A DNA stretch of 32,000 nucleotides from positions 810,001 through 842,000 of the forward strand of contig NZ_CP007754.1 of NCBI RefSeq assembly GCF_000757865.1, in the 5' to 3' direction. Made by a program: the position numbers and the translations under genes. Below are positions 18,406 through 26,559 of the stretch, one piece after another. The notes under the pieces were generated by a model that worked only from the letters and a program-made list of their open reading frames with translations, was not told the DNA's origin and searched no databases. Position 1 is the first letter of the stretch; each line of letters starts with the position of its first letter. The stretch comes from Prochlorococcus sp. MIT 0801. Its GTDB lineage: Bacteria; Cyanobacteriota; Cyanobacteriia; PCC-6307; Cyanobiaceae.

Positions 18406-18819
18406 TTATGGTCTAGATTTATAATATAAATCTCTATCTTTTTTTGCTGCATTTATACACTCCCAAGGGAAAATAATCCATTCGTTATCTTCTATATATC
18501 TATAGGAATTCCACCAGGTGGGTTTTTTTTTGCTCACCCATACATGAGTCTCTGAACCTTTTATATGTTTTATTTTCTCAAGTGTATAACCAGTATCATA
18601 AATATCATCAATTATGAGTGAATTGTTTTTAGGTTCGTCTAATAATGGCAGCTCAAGCGAATGACTTAATGCAACTGCAAGGCATAAACCACCTCGAGGG
18701 AATCCATAAACCCCTTCGAAATTTTTATTTTTGCATTGCTTATATATTGAATTTATGCATTCATCAAATTCTATCCAGCTTAACTTATTCATTTTTAGGT
18801 TATGAATATCTTTCTTCAC
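18406..18819 (-). CDS. Small phosphoribosyltransferase, Gpt (xanthine-guanine PRT)-like
   Basis: PRPP-binding motif LIIDDIYDTGYT, an upstream FPRGGL loop and a C-terminal W.IFPWE, as in Gpt. The start may instead be the ATG at 18792 (MNKLSWIEF). Confidence 0.7.
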   Translation of the reverse strand: MKKDIHNLKMNKLSWIEFDECINSIYKQCKNKNFEGVYGFPRGGLCLAVALSHSLELPLLDEPKNNSLIIDDIYDTGYTLEKIKHIKGSETHVWVSKKKPTWWNSYRYIEDNEWIIFPWECINAAKKDRDLYYKSRP

Positions 18820-18836
18820 TCTTTAAGGGATGACTT

Positions 18837-18956
18837 TTAAAACTTCCTAGATAAACTGTAGTAGCCCATAAAGCCACCTATAGTTAGTATGCCAGCGATT
18901 GGGGCTGATAGATTTAATGGTGTCGCCCAATCATGAACCATCAATGAAGCTAACAT
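18837..18956 (-). CDS. Small single-helix membrane protein, 39 aa (below the track cutoff)
   Basis: Manual translation gives MLASLMVHDWATPLNLSAPIAGILTIGGFMGYYSLSRKF*. It has an ATG start and one hydrophobic helix. No known photosystem or b6f small subunit recognised. Confidence 0.3.
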   Translation of the reverse strand: MLASLMVHDWATPLNLSAPIAGILTIGGFMGYYSLSRKF

Positions 18957-19118
18957 AAGTTAAGATTAATAATTAATTAGCAAAATACTACATCTAATAT
19001 TGTTTTGTTATTTTAGTTCGCAATAATTCACAACTTTATAGAATTATTAAATTATTCAAAATAAATTACGTTCAAATAATTTTAATTTATAGATATATAT
19101 GTCTTTAATATTCTTTAT

Positions 19119-19286
19119 CTAAGATTCGTTGTTTTTATTAGCTTCAAATAATTTAGCTAATTGTTCATATAATTTTCCAAATAGCCATGAAATAGCAATA
19201 AGACCAACAATTCCTAAAAATATTGTTATTGCGGATATTCCTGCATCATTTGGACCATAATTTATAGCCGGATCAAATCCTTCCAC
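19119..19286 (-). CDS. Small single-helix membrane protein, 55 aa, GTG start (below the track cutoff)
   Basis: Manual codon-by-codon translation gives VEGFDPAINYGPNDAGISAITIFLGIVGLIAISWLFGKLYEQLAKLFEANKNNES*. Stops lie just upstream in frame, so only GTG 19286 is available as a start. Confidence 0.2.
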   Translation of the reverse strand: MEGFDPAINYGPNDAGISAITIFLGIVGLIAISWLFGKLYEQLAKLFEANKNNES

Positions 19287-19423
19287 GATAATTTAAATTC
19301 ATTTTTATACATTTTAATATTTTTTGGATTCAATTACTGATTCATTACTTTTTTGAAATCTGAATACATCAATATTCCTTATAGTTGAATTATGTATAAT
19401 AAATATTACCTTAAATCATATTT

Positions 19424-19711
19424 ATGAAGTGGGAGTACCAAGTAATCCACCTCAACGTAGACGATTCGTCAAGTAAAAGTGAAGAAGCTAGCAATCCTGA
19501 GGCTGCAAGTGAAAAACTTAAAGGTTCACTTAGTCCAGATTTTCTAAAAGATCAATTTCCGGATCAATATCAGGAAAATGAAGGTTCCGAGCATCCTGCT
19601 ATTCAACTAAGTAAATTTCTAAATAAAAAGGGACTGGATAGATGGGAGTTTTCTGAAACAATAGAAATTGGTGAAATGTTATTTCTTATCATGAAACGGC
19701 AAGTTGATTAA
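19424..19711 (+). CDS. DUF4177-like protein
   Basis: 95 aa. It has N-terminal MKWEYQVI and a C-terminal GLDRWEF...FLIMKR, arranged as in DUF4177 (from memory). Confidence 0.55.
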   Translation: MKWEYQVIHLNVDDSSSKSEEASNPEAASEKLKGSLSPDFLKDQFPDQYQENEGSEHPAIQLSKFLNKKGLDRWEFSETIEIGEMLFLIMKRQVD

Positions 19712-19715
19712 TATT

Positions 19716-20114
19716 TTATAAAATATCTTTTAGCGTAAATATTAACCAACTAATTAGATTAAAGGGATTAGCTAATTTTTTAATACTGCTGTTACCATTT
19801 AGCTCATATTCAAATTTATCTACTCGTGATAAAAGGTCTTTAGTTATTAAATTTGTTGCTTTATTTGAACCCTCTATTTTGTACTCCCTTTTTGTTTTCT
19901 CATTTAATTCGTTAGTAAAAATCCAAATTTTTTTATTATCTTCAGTTATTAATACGTAGCCAATATCCATTCCATCAGTCATTTTATAATCAATAACCTC
20001 TCCATTAATCAGTTGAGGCAAATCATCTAACATTTTTTCAGGGAGTACACTTTCTATTTTAGACTTTTCAACTTTTATCCTTGACCCAACTGGTATTAGA
20101 GGATTGATCTTCAT
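19716..20114 (-). CDS. Hypothetical protein with an N-terminal DUF2862/PetP-like SH3-type segment (tentative)
   Basis: 132 aa. VGSRIKV...GEVIDYKMTDGMDIGYVLITEDNKKIWIFTNEL resembles the PetP-family pattern G.kVrV...fKmTDGsgiG..V.f.d....WFf..EL as I recall it. About 60 extra C-terminal residues follow. Confidence 0.5.
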   Translation of the reverse strand: MKINPLIPVGSRIKVEKSKIESVLPEKMLDDLPQLINGEVIDYKMTDGMDIGYVLITEDNKKIWIFTNELNEKTKREYKIEGSNKATNLITKDLLSRVDKFEYELNGNSSIKKLANPFNLISWLIFTLKDIL

Positions 20115-20235
20115 TATGATTAGCCTTTTTTCTTCTAAATTAACATATTTTACGTATCTATGAATTAACTATTCATCGCCTAGAATTGTTTATCCGTTAG
20201 AAACCTGTTTTTGAATTTTGGATTTACATGATTAA

Positions 20236-20442
20236 TTAAAATCCTTTGGTTTCACTTTTTGTTATCTTTTTCTCCCTATCCTCTCGTTCTTCTTTTGAAA
20301 AATTTATTTTTATATAGTTAATTCCAATTATCGTTATTCTTACAATGACAAAAGCGGTGGCTATGTATCCAGCCAAGATACAAGTTGATAAGACTGCTGA
20401 ACCTAGATCTATTTCAGATATTTTGGATATAAAAATAATCAT
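20236..20442 (-). CDS. Small membrane protein, 68 aa
   Basis: Track ORF with one long hydrophobic segment and a charged C-terminal tail. Confidence 0.35.
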   Translation of the reverse strand: MIIFISKISEIDLGSAVLSTCILAGYIATAFVIVRITIIGINYIKINFSKEEREDREKKITKSETKGF

Positions 20443-20585
20443 TACTAATTAAATTAAGCTGTTATGAATCGAAGTTTAAATCAAAACTCAAGTTTTAAAT
20501 CAATTTTAATTTATATTGGTTACAAGACATCCGTAGATAATTTTTTCAAATGGATGCATAACTGAAATAGGAATATAAATTGAAA

Positions 20586-20795
20586 ATGAATCAAACTCAA
20601 TTTAAAATCCCACTTTCAAGTTTAAGGCCTTACACAGTTCATTATAGAAGCTGTGATAATCAACGTCTTGAGAATTGCTTTTATGCCTGTGATGCATATG
20701 AAGCCAGATTACTTGCAATGGAATTTAATAGATACATTCATGAGCATCCAAATTGCATTGATCTAATAAGAAGAGAAATGATTAAGAATATCTAG
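20586..20795 (+). CDS. Hypothetical Cys/His-containing protein, 69 aa
   Basis: The track ORF starts at TTG 20580. An ATG two codons later (20586) is the more likely start. No motif recognised. Confidence 0.4.
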   Translation: MNQTQFKIPLSSLRPYTVHYRSCDNQRLENCFYACDAYEARLLAMEFNRYIHEHPNCIDLIRREMIKNI

Positions 20796-20845
20796 ATTAG
20801 TTTATAATTAATAAACTTTCTAACAAATAAATCAGTTTAATTTAT

Positions 20846-21619
20846 ATGTTAAATATTGATATTTTTTCTCAAATCGTTTTGGGAATTATATCTTTTTTCT
20901 CCAATTTTCTTTCTGCTTTATCTGGAGGAGGCTCAGGTTTAATACAACTTCCAGCTCTTTTGTTTTTAGGATTACCGTTCTCTAAAGCATTGGCAACTCA
21001 TAAGGTTGCAAGCGTTGCACTAGGCTTAGGTGCTTCCATTCCTCATCTAAAACGAAGTAGATTAAAAATTAACTATGCTTTTTTGATATTAATTTCCGGC
21101 ATACCAGGTGTTTTATTAGGTGCCTATACGTCATCCATTTTGCCTAGTAGTTTTTCTACTACTTTATTAGGCTTATTTACTTTATTTCTTAGTTTTTATT
21201 CTATAAAGAAGAAAAATCTTGGAAGTTCAAATCAAAAATTATCAATTAATAAGTTAAGGATACTTGTTGGCTCATTTGGTCTTTTTTTAATTGGGTTTCT
21301 TAATGGTTATCTATCCTCTGGTACTGGATTATTTGTGACGATTTGGATGATAATTATATTTGATTTATCCTTTTCTGTTGCTGTTGCTTATACCTTAATT
21401 TTTGTTGGAATTTTTTGGAATGGTATAGGAGCTTTCTCCTTAGGAATGACTGGGAATATTATTTGGGAATATCTACCCGTATTGATTTTAGGTTCTCTTT
21501 TAGGTGGATACCTAGGAGCTAAGTTCTCAATAATTAAAGGGACCAAGTTTATTAAAGTAGTTTTTGAATTAGTCTCTTTTTCTGTTGGAATTTCATTACT
21601 AGTTAAAGGCTTTTTATGA
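20846..21619 (+). CDS. TauE/SafE (DUF81, TSUP) family anion exporter
   Basis: 257 aa with about 8 hydrophobic helices. LSGGGSGLIQLPALL is the typical family motif. Confidence 0.8.
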   Translation: MLNIDIFSQIVLGIISFFSNFLSALSGGGSGLIQLPALLFLGLPFSKALATHKVASVALGLGASIPHLKRSRLKINYAFLILISGIPGVLLGAYTSSILPSSFSTTLLGLFTLFLSFYSIKKKNLGSSNQKLSINKLRILVGSFGLFLIGFLNGYLSSGTGLFVTIWMIIIFDLSFSVAVAYTLIFVGIFWNGIGAFSLGMTGNIIWEYLPVLILGSLLGGYLGAKFSIIKGTKFIKVVFELVSFSVGISLLVKGFL

Positions 21620-22801
21620 GCAGCCTGCTTTTTCTAAATCATCTTGTAATTTACTCTCACAGTCTAGAACTCTTGCCCAACATGGTAATTGCTGCTTTAC
21701 GGGTGATTCAAGGAATTTATTGATGGCAGGCCTTAATAGTTTTCCAAAAGTATGAACTGCCAGTTCTTCTTTATGTCTACTGTAAGGTAATTCATTAACT
21801 GAGGAATCTAAGCTAAATTGTTTAACTCTATCTTCTCCTGCTCTTCTATATAAAACCTCCAAGTTTGCTAATTGAGCACTTGTAAGTGTTCTTGCTTCAT
21901 GTTCCATTAACCCTCTTAAAACACTGGATAGAATTTCTGTAGACATTTTTTGGAGGCCCTCATTAGGCTTTGAACCAATTTCTTTGTGTTTGTGGTCGAA
22001 AATACCGAGATCCACTTGTGCGATTCTTGATATCCTTACGTTTTTATAAACCTCAGAGAGTAGCCCTATCTCTAACCCCCAGTCACATGGGATTCTTAAA
22101 TTCATTGCTAAGTCTGTAGTAAAAGCAAATTCTCCAGCTAATGGATATCGAAAAGATTGTAAATATCGGAGGAATGGCGCATTACCTATCAATTGCTCCA
22201 AACTTGATAGAAGAGGACCTACAAATAATCTTGTAGCTCTACCTTGAAGAGCATTTGTCTCCAGAGATAGGCGGCTGTAAAAAGCTTTTACATAAGAAAT
22301 CCCATTTGATTTTTCTAATAAAGGTCCCAACATTCTTGCTGGATAATTGGAGTTAAATGTTCTGATATCAGCATCGAAAAGAGCTACTACCTCTGAGCTT
22401 TTTGTTGCCACACCAACTCCTTGCCATACTGCCCATCCTTTCCCTGGCACACCTAAGAGATCTAGTCCATTCTTCTCTTGGTCTTTTAGCAATTCAATAA
22501 CCGCTGGACTATTAGTCCATTGGACGTGAACTGGATATGGCATTTCTTTAAAGAAATCCCTTGCTTTGGCCACCTCCTCACTGTTACTTGCAGATAAGGC
22601 TATGACTAGTTGATTTAAATTTTTTAATTCTTTTAAAGTGCTTCTTATAAGTTTTAATGCTGGCCTACTGAACTCATCGAATAGGCATGGAATAAGTATT
22701 GATGTTGGCCGTTTTAATAGGTCTTTATTTAATTGAGATACTGGATCTTTTGCTAATCCGTACTCATGAATAGTTGTGATTAAACCCTGCTGAAAGTCCA
22801 T
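21614..22801 (-). CDS. gpgS: Glucosyl-3-phosphoglycerate synthase
   Basis: 395 aa. It has the N-terminus MDFQQGLITTIHEYG and a GT-A core (FDADI) typical of the GpgS/MpgS-related family. The genomic context includes an MPGP-type phosphatase. Assignment from memory. Confidence 0.75.
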   Translation of the reverse strand: MDFQQGLITTIHEYGLAKDPVSQLNKDLLKRPTSILIPCLFDEFSRPALKLIRSTLKELKNLNQLVIALSASNSEEVAKARDFFKEMPYPVHVQWTNSPAVIELLKDQEKNGLDLLGVPGKGWAVWQGVGVATKSSEVVALFDADIRTFNSNYPARMLGPLLEKSNGISYVKAFYSRLSLETNALQGRATRLFVGPLLSSLEQLIGNAPFLRYLQSFRYPLAGEFAFTTDLAMNLRIPCDWGLEIGLLSEVYKNVRISRIAQVDLGIFDHKHKEIGSKPNEGLQKMSTEILSSVLRGLMEHEARTLTSAQLANLEVLYRRAGEDRVKQFSLDSSVNELPYSRHKEELAVHTFGKLLRPAINKFLESPVKQQLPCWARVLDCESKLQDDLEKAGCS

Positions 22802-22872
22802 TCAAGAAAAAAGTTTTACAGATTCAAGGTGGGAGCTACGATGAGGTAGAGATGATCGTTTTTCTTTAAAGA

Positions 22873-24624
22873 GTGTCTGAGTTGGATAGTGAATTAGACG
22901 AACTGAGATTGTCTCTCAGAGAAATTTATCCTGGGCACTCTGAACAAGAAATCAATTCAGTGTGGTCGCAATTGTTGCAGATTCTCGATCCATTTTGTGT
23001 TAACAAGGGCACTGATGAATTAGAGATCGAATCAATTTGGGATTCTTCAAGTGTTGTTTTGATTACTTACCCTGATTCAATTTATAGGAAAGATGAATCA
23101 ACTTTAAAAACATTAACTGAATTCGTAAAAAATAGATTAGGTGGCCTTTCATCAGTCATACATGTTTTACCATTTCTTCCTTCTACAAGTGATGGAGGAT
23201 TCGCTGTTTCTAATCATGAAAAAATCGATGATACCTTTGGCAATTGGAATGATTTAAAGGATTTATCAAGTAAGCACAAAATAATGGCAGATCTAGTTTT
23301 AAATCATGTCTCGTCTTCTCATCCATGGGTGCATCAATTTATAAAATCAGAGGATCCAGGTTCGTCTTACATTGTTTCTCCCTCTGAGACTAATGTTTGG
23401 GAAAATGTGACAAGACCCAGAAATACATCACTCTTTACCAATATCAATACTAAACAAGGCTTTAAGAGTGTTTGGACAACCTTTGGACCAGATCAGATTG
23501 ATGTTGATTGGAGAAATCCACATATCTTTTTAGAGTTTTTAAAATTATTGGTTAGATACACAACTAATGGAGCTGACTGGATTCGACTTGACGCAATTGC
23601 ATTTATTTGGAAGGAGCCATATACTACTTGTTTACATTTAGACCCAGTACACTCAATAGTTAAGCTGTTAAATAAATGTTTGAAGATTATAAAACCTTCA
23701 GCAATATTAATTACCGAGACTAATGTACCAGAGGAAGAAAACCTTTCTTATTTGATTGAAGGAAATGAAGCTAATCTTGCTTATAATTTTACTCTACCTC
23801 CTTTATTATTAGAAGCTATTTATACCGGTAAAACCGATTTATTGAAGAGTTGGTTGTCTACGTGGAATGAGTTGCCAAGGCACACTTCTTTGCTCAACTT
23901 CACTTCTTCACACGATGGTATTGGATTACGTGCACTAGAAGGCATTATGGACGATCAGAGAATACATAATCTCTTAGTTGAATCAGAGAAACGAGGAGGA
24001 TTAGTTAGTCATCGTCGCCTGTCAAATGGAGAAGATCAACCTTATGAATTAAACATTAGTTGGTGGAGTGCGATGTCAAACACTGGCTCTGATAATACGG
24101 TATTTCAATTTGAGCGTTTTCTATTAAGTCAACTTTTTACTTTATCTATAAAAGGTGTTCCAGCTTTTTATCTTCCATCTATATTAGCTTCTCCTAATGA
24201 TATTGATTCTTTTAGGAAAACAGGGCAAAGAAGAGATTTAAATCGAGAAAAATTTGAAGCTACTCAATTACTTGATGTACTTAAGAACTTTGATTCACCC
24301 GCTAGTAAAAATATTTCATACCTCACTCATATAGTTAAAGTCAGGTCAAGACTTAAAGCTTTTCATCCGGAGGCGAGTATGAAATGTATCTCTACGAATA
24401 TAGCTAATTGTGTAATTCTTCAAAGAGGTTTGGATGAAGATAGCGTATATGTTATTTGTAATATGTCTAATAAAATTTTAAGTATTTCTCCATTAAATCA
24501 AATCAATTCATTAGAATTAATCCCTGAAAAACGTTTATTAGATAATATTACAGGTTCTTATTTGAATACTGATACTTTCAAGCTTAATCCTTATCAAGTA
24601 GTTTGGCTTACATTAGCTGATTAG
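22873..24624 (+). CDS. GH13_18 sucrose-phosphorylase-family enzyme, probable glucosylglycerate phosphorylase
   Basis: 583 aa. The GH13 regions are DLVLNHVS, IRLDAIAFIWKE (nucleophile Asp), ITETNVP (acid/base Glu) and SSHDGIGLR. The GTG start is obligatory because TAA lies two codons upstream and there is no early ATG. Confidence 0.8.
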   Translation: MSELDSELDELRLSLREIYPGHSEQEINSVWSQLLQILDPFCVNKGTDELEIESIWDSSSVVLITYPDSIYRKDESTLKTLTEFVKNRLGGLSSVIHVLPFLPSTSDGGFAVSNHEKIDDTFGNWNDLKDLSSKHKIMADLVLNHVSSSHPWVHQFIKSEDPGSSYIVSPSETNVWENVTRPRNTSLFTNINTKQGFKSVWTTFGPDQIDVDWRNPHIFLEFLKLLVRYTTNGADWIRLDAIAFIWKEPYTTCLHLDPVHSIVKLLNKCLKIIKPSAILITETNVPEEENLSYLIEGNEANLAYNFTLPPLLLEAIYTGKTDLLKSWLSTWNELPRHTSLLNFTSSHDGIGLRALEGIMDDQRIHNLLVESEKRGGLVSHRRLSNGEDQPYELNISWWSAMSNTGSDNTVFQFERFLLSQLFTLSIKGVPAFYLPSILASPNDIDSFRKTGQRRDLNREKFEATQLLDVLKNFDSPASKNISYLTHIVKVRSRLKAFHPEASMKCISTNIANCVILQRGLDEDSVYVICNMSNKILSISPLNQINSLELIPEKRLLDNITGSYLNTDTFKLNPYQVVWLTLAD

Positions 24625-24628
24625 CCTT

Positions 24629-25429
24629 ATGAAAAATAATTCTAAATATTGGATAGTTACAGATCTAGATGGAACTTTAATGGACGAAGATTACGATATA
24701 ACTCCTGCCAAAAAAACCTTAAAGACATTGGCAGAATTGAATATTCCTGTAATACCTTGTACTAGTAAAACTGCTTCTGAAGTTAGACATTTTAGAAAAG
24801 AGAATGCATTGTCAGATCCTTTTATTGTCGAAAATGGAGCGGCTATTTATGGGTGCTATGAACAAAATTCGTCGGAATGGGAATTGATCTTAGGAAAAAG
24901 TTATATTGAATTAAAAACTATATTATTTAATATCTCTAAAAAAGTTAACTACCACTTAACCCCATTAAATGATTTAAGCAAAAATCAAATATTTGAACTT
25001 ACTGGATTATCTGATCAAGGTATTACTAGAGCTCTAGATAGGTGCTGGAGTGTTCCTTTCTTAAATCCTCCTGATGATATTTTTGAGAATGTAAAACTTA
25101 TTTGTGATTACTACAATGTTCATGTTTTTAAAGGAAATAGAATGAGTCATTTGCTTTCCAGTGAAAGTCATAAAGGTAAAGCTGTTAATAAGTTAAAGGT
25201 TTATCTACAGAATAATGATGTAAAGATTATTGCACTTGGGGATTCGCAAAATGATCTCCCTTTACTTGAATATGCCGACATATCTATTGTTATTCCTGGC
25301 ATAAATGGACCAAATAAGTATTTACAGAATGGTATTGATAACGGCTCTTTTAGACTAGCAAATGCTCCTCACGCAGAGGGGTGGGCAAATAGCGTTGAGG
25401 ATGTTATTAACGAATTTAAGGAATTATGA
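24629..25429 (+). CDS. gpgP: HAD-IIB phosphatase of the mannosyl/glucosyl-3-phosphoglycerate phosphatase family
   Basis: 266 aa. The HAD motifs are VTDLDGTL, CTSKT and GDSQNDLPLL. It starts 4 nt after the phosphorylase stop. Confidence 0.7.
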   Translation: MKNNSKYWIVTDLDGTLMDEDYDITPAKKTLKTLAELNIPVIPCTSKTASEVRHFRKENALSDPFIVENGAAIYGCYEQNSSEWELILGKSYIELKTILFNISKKVNYHLTPLNDLSKNQIFELTGLSDQGITRALDRCWSVPFLNPPDDIFENVKLICDYYNVHVFKGNRMSHLLSSESHKGKAVNKLKVYLQNNDVKIIALGDSQNDLPLLEYADISIVIPGINGPNKYLQNGIDNGSFRLANAPHAEGWANSVEDVINEFKEL

Positions 25430-26445
25430 AAGATAATGATATTAATAATGATTTCTATCATATTTTCCCAGAGGATATAAGGGATGATTTCCTTTTTTCT
25501 CTTGATAGTTATCGCCTATTTCTTGAGGGATTGTCTATTAACCCTACGCTCTTTTATCAAAAATGGTCTGACGTTAATGTGCAATCAATTGTTGATAAAT
25601 ATTGGAAACCAAATCAAAAATCAGATTGGAAATGGTCGTTAGCATTTCCATTTTTTTCTCTTTTAGAAAATTATATAAATACTTTTAATAAACCAGTAAT
25701 AATTGGTTTTTCAGGTCTTCCTGGCTCTGGAAAATCTACTCTTGGACTTTGGGTTGATAATGTGGCGAGAGAACTATCTTTAGAAATTAAGGTTATATCT
25801 TTAGATGATTTTTATTTACCTGGCCAAGAAATGGACGTCGCAATGACTGATAATCCATGGAGTGTTCCTAGAGGTTTTCCAGGTAGTCACTCTTTAGATT
25901 TATTAAATCAATCATTAGACGTCTTCTTAAAAACTGGTGTTTTAAATAGTCCGACTTTTGATAAGTCTTTAAGAGATGGGAAAGGAGATAGATCTGGATG
26001 GTGTGATTCAGAACCTAGAGTTTTGATTTTGGAGGGATGGTTCGTAGGTTGTGAACCTCTTTCAGATTTATCGAAAATAGATTACTTGGCTGAGGACGAA
26101 TTTAATTTGTCATTGAGTCAGAGTGAAAAAGATTATCGAATTTTGATTCAAGAATCACTCTTTGAATATACTAAAATTTGGAACAAGTTTGATAAGATTT
26201 GGCATCTTAAGTCTTCTCAATTTGATAATACAATTCTGTGGAAATCACAGCAAGAAGGAGAAATGATTAAATTAAAAGGTTCAGGACTTAAAGGTAATAA
26301 TTTAAGTAATTTTATTCGAATGATTCAAACCTCTATACCACAGCAATCTTTATCATTTATTAATTCAGATACGACAGTTGGAATTAATCAAGATCGTAGG
26401 ATTAATTTTCTAAAGACTAGAGAATACAATTTTTTGTATTCTTAA
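25426..26445 (+). CDS. P-loop D-glycerate 3-kinase (plant/cyanobacterial GLYK type)
   Basis: 339 aa. It has GFSGLPGSGKSTLG, SLDDFYLPG, RGFPGSHSLDL, FDKSLRDGKGDR and LILEGWFVG. The ATGA start/stop overlaps gpgP. Confidence 0.7.
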   Translation: MKDNDINNDFYHIFPEDIRDDFLFSLDSYRLFLEGLSINPTLFYQKWSDVNVQSIVDKYWKPNQKSDWKWSLAFPFFSLLENYINTFNKPVIIGFSGLPGSGKSTLGLWVDNVARELSLEIKVISLDDFYLPGQEMDVAMTDNPWSVPRGFPGSHSLDLLNQSLDVFLKTGVLNSPTFDKSLRDGKGDRSGWCDSEPRVLILEGWFVGCEPLSDLSKIDYLAEDEFNLSLSQSEKDYRILIQESLFEYTKIWNKFDKIWHLKSSQFDNTILWKSQQEGEMIKLKGSGLKGNNLSNFIRMIQTSIPQQSLSFINSDTTVGINQDRRINFLKTREYNFLYS

Positions 26446-26559
26446 CACTAATCAAAAATTATACCTCTTGTTGTTTGTTTTATCTTTTGTTAAACTTTTA
26501 TCTTTTTTTCTATTTACACTCTATCATTATTAAATATTAATCTTTCACATGCCTATAAA

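Noticed and set aside
18645-18833. Track ORF (62 aa, plus strand) opposite the PRTase gene
   Set aside because: It is antisense to the PRPP-motif-bearing frame.
22347-22529. Track ORF (60 aa, plus strand) inside gpgS
   Set aside because: Antisense shadow ORF.
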